Positions 61,101 through 64,000 of a stretch of 64,000 bases of DNA are shown piece after piece. Position numbers and translations under genes: made by a program. The notes below the pieces were generated by a model, which had not been told where the DNA came from, did not search any database, and saw nothing but the letters and a program-made list of their open reading frames with translations. Numbering within the stretch: the stretch's first letter is position 1; each line of letters begins with the position of its first letter. Source of the stretch: an uncultured Acidobacteriota bacterium (GTDB lineage Bacteria; Acidobacteriota; Blastocatellia; RBC074); contig CAWCKY010000001.1 of assembly GCA_963796275.1 (NCBI GenBank), forward strand, positions 160,001-224,000. Direction: 5' to 3'.

Positions 61101-61850
61101 TCACCGCGCACAGGGAGGTATCTGATCGAGGACTATTCTCTGCTTTTTGCACCCAGTTCTACGCTATTCGTCCGCACCACTGAGAACGCCGAACGAAAGG
61201 CGAGAACGGGAACAGAAAGGCTTCTGAGTGTTGGTAATCCGGTTTTCGATCAAAACGTATTTGACCTTCCGGATCTGTCATCAGCCGCCACCGAAGCCAA
61301 GGCAATAAATACTATTTACGGCGGTGGTATCTCCTTAGTCGGCAAATATGCGACAAAAAAATCGCTATTGAAGGAGATTGAGCGATCCGACGTCGTGCAT
61401 CTGGCTATGCATTACGACCCGGACGAAAGATCGCCGATGCTATCGAGATTGATTCTCGCGAGAGGTTCGAACTCAAAGGATGAGGCGGAAAGCACATTAG
61501 CCCTACACGAAGTTTATGGATTGAAGCTATCGAAGGCTAGACTGGTAGTCCTTTCGTCCTGTCAGACCAATGCCGAACAATATTTTGACGGGGAAGGATC
61601 GATCGGTTTGTCTCATGCATTCGAATCGGTTGGTGTGCCTCTCGTAGTCTCCAGCCTCTGGCAAGCCAACTCCGACACGACCGCAAAACTTATGATCAGA
61701 TTTCATTCCCTCCGCAAGATGTCTGGTGCATCGACAGTCGATGCCCTCAGAGAAGCCCAAATCGAGATGCTGCGCGCCTTGGATAAGCGACTGCAGCACC
61801 CTTACTACTGGGCCGCATTCATCGTAGGTGGTGGATACAGTCGATTTTAG
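58161..61850 (+). CDS. Membrane-anchored TPR-CHAT (caspase-like) protease with an N-terminal anti-sigma-like domain
   Basis: Acidic helical N-domain (YLLG..EEELIDDYARG..FEENFL), one TM helix (IATYASLLLVIGLG), many TPRs, ELSRARSLLD, and a CHAT domain with VVHLAMH, LVVLSSCQT, VVSSLW and HPYYWAAF. Confidence 0.9.
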   Translation: MDTRSEQDNLFRWYLLGATSPEEDEQIEQRLRNQEINDELLLAEEELIDDYARGLLPLYERELFEENFLTTPERLKNLLMAQAAVRYAAIQNVPTPEELTDLSTSTVDERGAERLPDPSSPVAATRETRRSDWWQVLFEHRWKIATYASLLLVIGLGSRWVPGLLSDSEVARGLTALNNAFREQRPTEARMTGFGYALSNVTRGGQAGNQKEVADYLQLEEAELLLRKAAREKEGAETLHALGKLYLAKREFDKAIEQFEKAITYNPNNAQTHSDLGAALVEKLKKSGDRMRDRPEAVDKAFSHINRALELDENLLEALFNRALLYQLQNLYGPAREAWKKYLEKDSSSRWAEEANAYLKELQQKSSSSGEEKYEGLYRDFLQARGTGEDDKAWRLYNDSYQRHGNYITNKLIDEFLEFSKEDKQQEAEDRIQTVEYIARLSQQKSEDLFLSDLASAYRQANKGQREMLAQGRSLRQSAYDLSFNKSQHQKAIDAYLKAKILFTQGQAPPEVITAEYWIAEAFLRQSNHNKSLMGLLSVAETCERQRYRWLRALSFNRIAGVLGDQFSYSEALRYCFESASEFSLIGDKSGQLRALINQASLYRFVGKYHDALNLCKSSWHLANEVAADDRWTIILYAIAGWSYYRLGLYSAALEFQKESVRIAEKIDVPQAISRYSVYAGLIYSRLKDYDTAISSIERGLNIGQQQKHSSADQDMINYARLYLGQVYREAGRPAEAIKVHEQAAEFYRKSGWEANSYITAKEILLDQIALGDISSAHRQLGLVLEFLEEHRKKILQQSYRNSFFDMEQGVYDIAIGFAYETLDQPEQAFDYSELSRARSLLDSATLTSQIINDLAIPEEVLSGSTRPMTLAEIQPHIPVETQILQYAVLKDRVVAWVVTRERVESRAIALDAEELSTRVKAYLSQVSKPAAEVDQSLRKMSSALYQSLIAPVENLLDKKRKLCIVADKILNFLPYSSLISPRTGRYLIEDYSLLFAPSSTLFVRTTENAERKARTGTERLLSVGNPVFDQNVFDLPDLSSAATEAKAINTIYGGGISLVGKYATKKSLLKEIERSDVVHLAMHYDPDERSPMLSRLILARGSNSKDEAESTLALHEVYGLKLSKARLVVLSSCQTNAEQYFDGEGSIGLSHAFESVGVPLVVSSLWQANSDTTAKLMIRFHSLRKMSGASTVDALREAQIEMLRALDKRLQHPYYWAAFIVGGGYSRF

Positions 61851-61935
61851 TCAGATAATGATTTCGGGAAAAAATTTGCAATTGGAGTATCGCCATTACA
61901 GCTGCCGACGACACGAGCCTGGGTGATAAATGTTG

Positions 61936-61965
61936 TGAAATTTTTTGCACATGTCTGACATATAT
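61936..61965 (+). promoter_or_regulatory. Putative ECF sigma promoter TGAAATTTTT-N9-CTGACATATAT
   Basis: Matches 58053..58082 (TGAAA, 18-nt spacer, CATATAT); points towards the gene at 62528. Confidence 0.6.
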
Positions 61966-62075
61966 ATACGGGAGCCAGACACCGGACATTGAATATGCTC
62001 TCAGCTTGAAACTAAAAGAGAATTTCCTCAGGTGCCACTCCTCGGCAGGATTTCGTAGTAGGGAGAGAAATAAAA

Positions 62076-62318
62076 TGAGAAATGTGCAAAATAAAGCTAA
62101 TGGAAGCAACGTTGGCGGATCTAAGCGCCAGCGGCGCGGAATGTTTATAGCACTCGATCATTTAAATCTCGCAAGCTCCGGAGGAGCTGCATATCGACAT
62201 TCAGCTGTCGTTCTTCCAGAGCTTGGATGAACATAATCATCAAAGCTATAAACATTGGGCTCCTCCAGAGCTGCTCAGGAGTTATGGGTAACGACCAACC
62301 TTAATTTGCACACTCTTC
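62076..62318. mobile_element. MITE/REPIN-like non-autonomous element, copy B
   Basis: Ends TGAGAAATGTGCAAAATAAAG / CCTTAATTTGCACACTCTTC; internal AGCGCCAGCGGCGCGGAATGTTTATAG and AGCTCCGGAGGAG shared with copy A; AAATAAAA on both flanks. Confidence 0.7.
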
Positions 62319-62527
62319 AAATAAAAAATCACTGCTGATCGTAAGTGGATGTTGCACCTTTTTCTAAATGAAATATGCGGGATTGGAACAGAAATAACCG
62401 CGGATATTCACAGATGCGACGGATCAACCGGATTATTCGTAACGATTCGTCGCAGCCGTGAATATCTGTGCGGAATTATCTTTCTCAATGTCGCTTGCTC
62501 CAATTTCAATAGCGAAGGAGAAGAACA

Positions 62528-63571
62528 ATGGTAGAAGTGCAAGGCAATATTGTGAGACTTTATCTGGAAGGCTTGATGTTCTTTGCGCACAATGAGGAAC
62601 AAAAACAACTTGAAGCCGGCATCCTCAATGTTGACGATGTGCATAATTTGAAAGTCAGAACATTTAGTCGAAAGTCGGCAAAACCAGGCGCATGTTTTGA
62701 TGAAGTCTGGAAAGAAGGAGAGCCTGAGTACATTCCCGATAGCGATCTTCGGCTCTATGAGCAAGGGGAACTCACCATTTTGTCCCATGGAGGTGAGTCC
62801 AAAAATATAGTCTCACCAATGGTGCCCCGAAACCGTGAAGTATGGATGCCTCTCAATTTGATCCCTGATTTTGAAGACATTGTTGGAAGTAGGGTGAAGT
62901 TGGATAGAAGCAAGGTGAAACCGGTCTTGAGCATTGCCGGTGGCAATTTCTTCTCGGTACTCAGGCCCGATCACGTGGAAGCTGCGAAGCCTCTTGAGAA
63001 AAGAGCCGACACGCGCGGATTTATCCCGACTTATCGTCTGGAAAAAGATCAACTTAGACACTTTAAAGCCAAGGCGAGTAGAGAAATTGTATCAGTAGAA
63101 GACCTGATAAATTTGGGGGTTGCAGCCAAGGATCTTGGCATTCGGTCGTACACCGCAGCAACTATGATCACATTAAATAAAGACGAGGAGTTGGTTTGCG
63201 TGCTGAAAAGCGAGCAAGGCGAGCAGAGGGAGCTCTTTAGAGTAAAGTATGCCCCCAACCGTGAAGCTAAAGTAGTACTGGTAAACGGCGTGACTAAGCA
63301 TGAAGACAGTTCACACCTACATTCTCACTCTGGAGGGGGGGATAGCGATCTCGTAAACTTTTTTCACTTTCTTCACTATTACGAAGCCATAAAAAAAATC
63401 AGTGAGAAGAAGCAATTTCTTCTGGCTAATGAAGAGATGTTAGTGGAATTCTCGAAGAATGATACTGAGAACGAGGTTGAGACCTTGCAAGGGGAAGAGG
63501 AAAATCCTACCGGAGGTAACGATCCTACTTGCCCGGCAGTGACTATGTCAAGGAGCTTGTTTACTGATTAG
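62528..63571 (+). CDS. Hypothetical 347-aa protein downstream of the CHAT protease
   Basis: AAGGAG RBS; long ORF in AT-rich DNA; no signal peptide; His-rich loop, FHFLHYY motif, acidic linker and a terminal DPTCP peptide. Confidence 0.85.
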   Translation: MVEVQGNIVRLYLEGLMFFAHNEEQKQLEAGILNVDDVHNLKVRTFSRKSAKPGACFDEVWKEGEPEYIPDSDLRLYEQGELTILSHGGESKNIVSPMVPRNREVWMPLNLIPDFEDIVGSRVKLDRSKVKPVLSIAGGNFFSVLRPDHVEAAKPLEKRADTRGFIPTYRLEKDQLRHFKAKASREIVSVEDLINLGVAAKDLGIRSYTAATMITLNKDEELVCVLKSEQGEQRELFRVKYAPNREAKVVLVNGVTKHEDSSHLHSHSGGGDSDLVNFFHFLHYYEAIKKISEKKQFLLANEEMLVEFSKNDTENEVETLQGEEENPTGGNDPTCPAVTMSRSLFTD

Positions 63572-64000
63572 AAGCAGGACAATAGGCTAGTAGCCCGCAT
63601 CTGTGAACGCGATTACACATGGACAGATCCTGAATTTCGCTAAGAGCTCTGGGGTTGCGTTTTCACTTGATGCGGGCACTTTGGCGACAATTGGACAGAG
63701 TGTTTTCACCTGGAGTCCGCAGTCCCGAACAATGTGGACGCGCTCTCACGCAACACTCTTACTTTAAGTCGTACGTGGATTTGTAGGAAAAATGTTAATT
63801 CGAATATTGTGTTGATCAACCTGTTAGGAATATGGAAATATCTATGGGCCCCGCTTCTTCTCAGAATCGTTGATTCTCTTCTTTCATATCATTCATTGGT
63901 TTCCTTAGCTGCCGACAAAAATGTGGCTGGCAATGGCTGATATCCTTCCCAGCTTCCAATAAATAACTTACAAATGGCTTCTGATCTCCTCGCTTCCGCT

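Noticed and set aside
62528-63571. Bacterial gasdermin
   Set aside because: No N-terminal Cys for palmitoylation and no gasdermin motifs I can recognise; kept only as an analogy.
1-64000. tRNA, rRNA, riboswitch, integrase or transposase genes
   Set aside because: No cloverleaf, rRNA signature, recognisable riboswitch or recombinase motif found by eye; an Infernal/Rfam scan would be needed to exclude ncRNAs.

Overview
64-kb bacterial window whose gene content (Acidobacterial-type VWA protein, DUF1501/1552/1553/1592 clusters, ECF sigma + TPR-CHAT) fits Acidobacteriota, probably Blastocatellia (inference). No rRNA, tRNA, CRISPR array or transposase is seen. Left to right: (1) a giant cyclic beta-1,2-glucan synthase (NdvB/Cgs) broken by single-base insertions; (2) a partly decayed Crp/Fnr island (8.4-18.7 kb) in which five promoters share a TGTCCA-N4-TGGACA palindrome exactly 21 nt before a -10-like hexamer (class II, -41.5 geometry), and a second Crp has a different box at the same position; (3) a secreted glycan-degradation cluster (GxGYxYP, lyase, GH30-CBM6, GH19 chitinase); (4) a CocE/NonD hydrolase; (5) a planctomycete-type heme-c/DUF1552/PPC/DUF1553/DUF1501 cluster; (6) a LytS/LytTR pair with a divergent DUF4440 target; (7) assorted enzymes (VOC, Nif3, Gfo/Idh/MocA, FGE-like, Mug, AKR, PaoABC-like, DinB, class V aminotransferase); (8) an AT-richer locus of ECF sigma, membrane-anchored anti-sigma-like/TPR/CHAT protease and an unknown 347-aa protein, linked by a repeated promoter-like motif (best candidate for an undescribed system). 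There are also two copies of a ~250-bp MITE-like element and several REP/BIME clusters. Ten genic frameshifts are all +1 insertions, most likely long-read errors. Family calls come from motif recognition by eye, not database searches.
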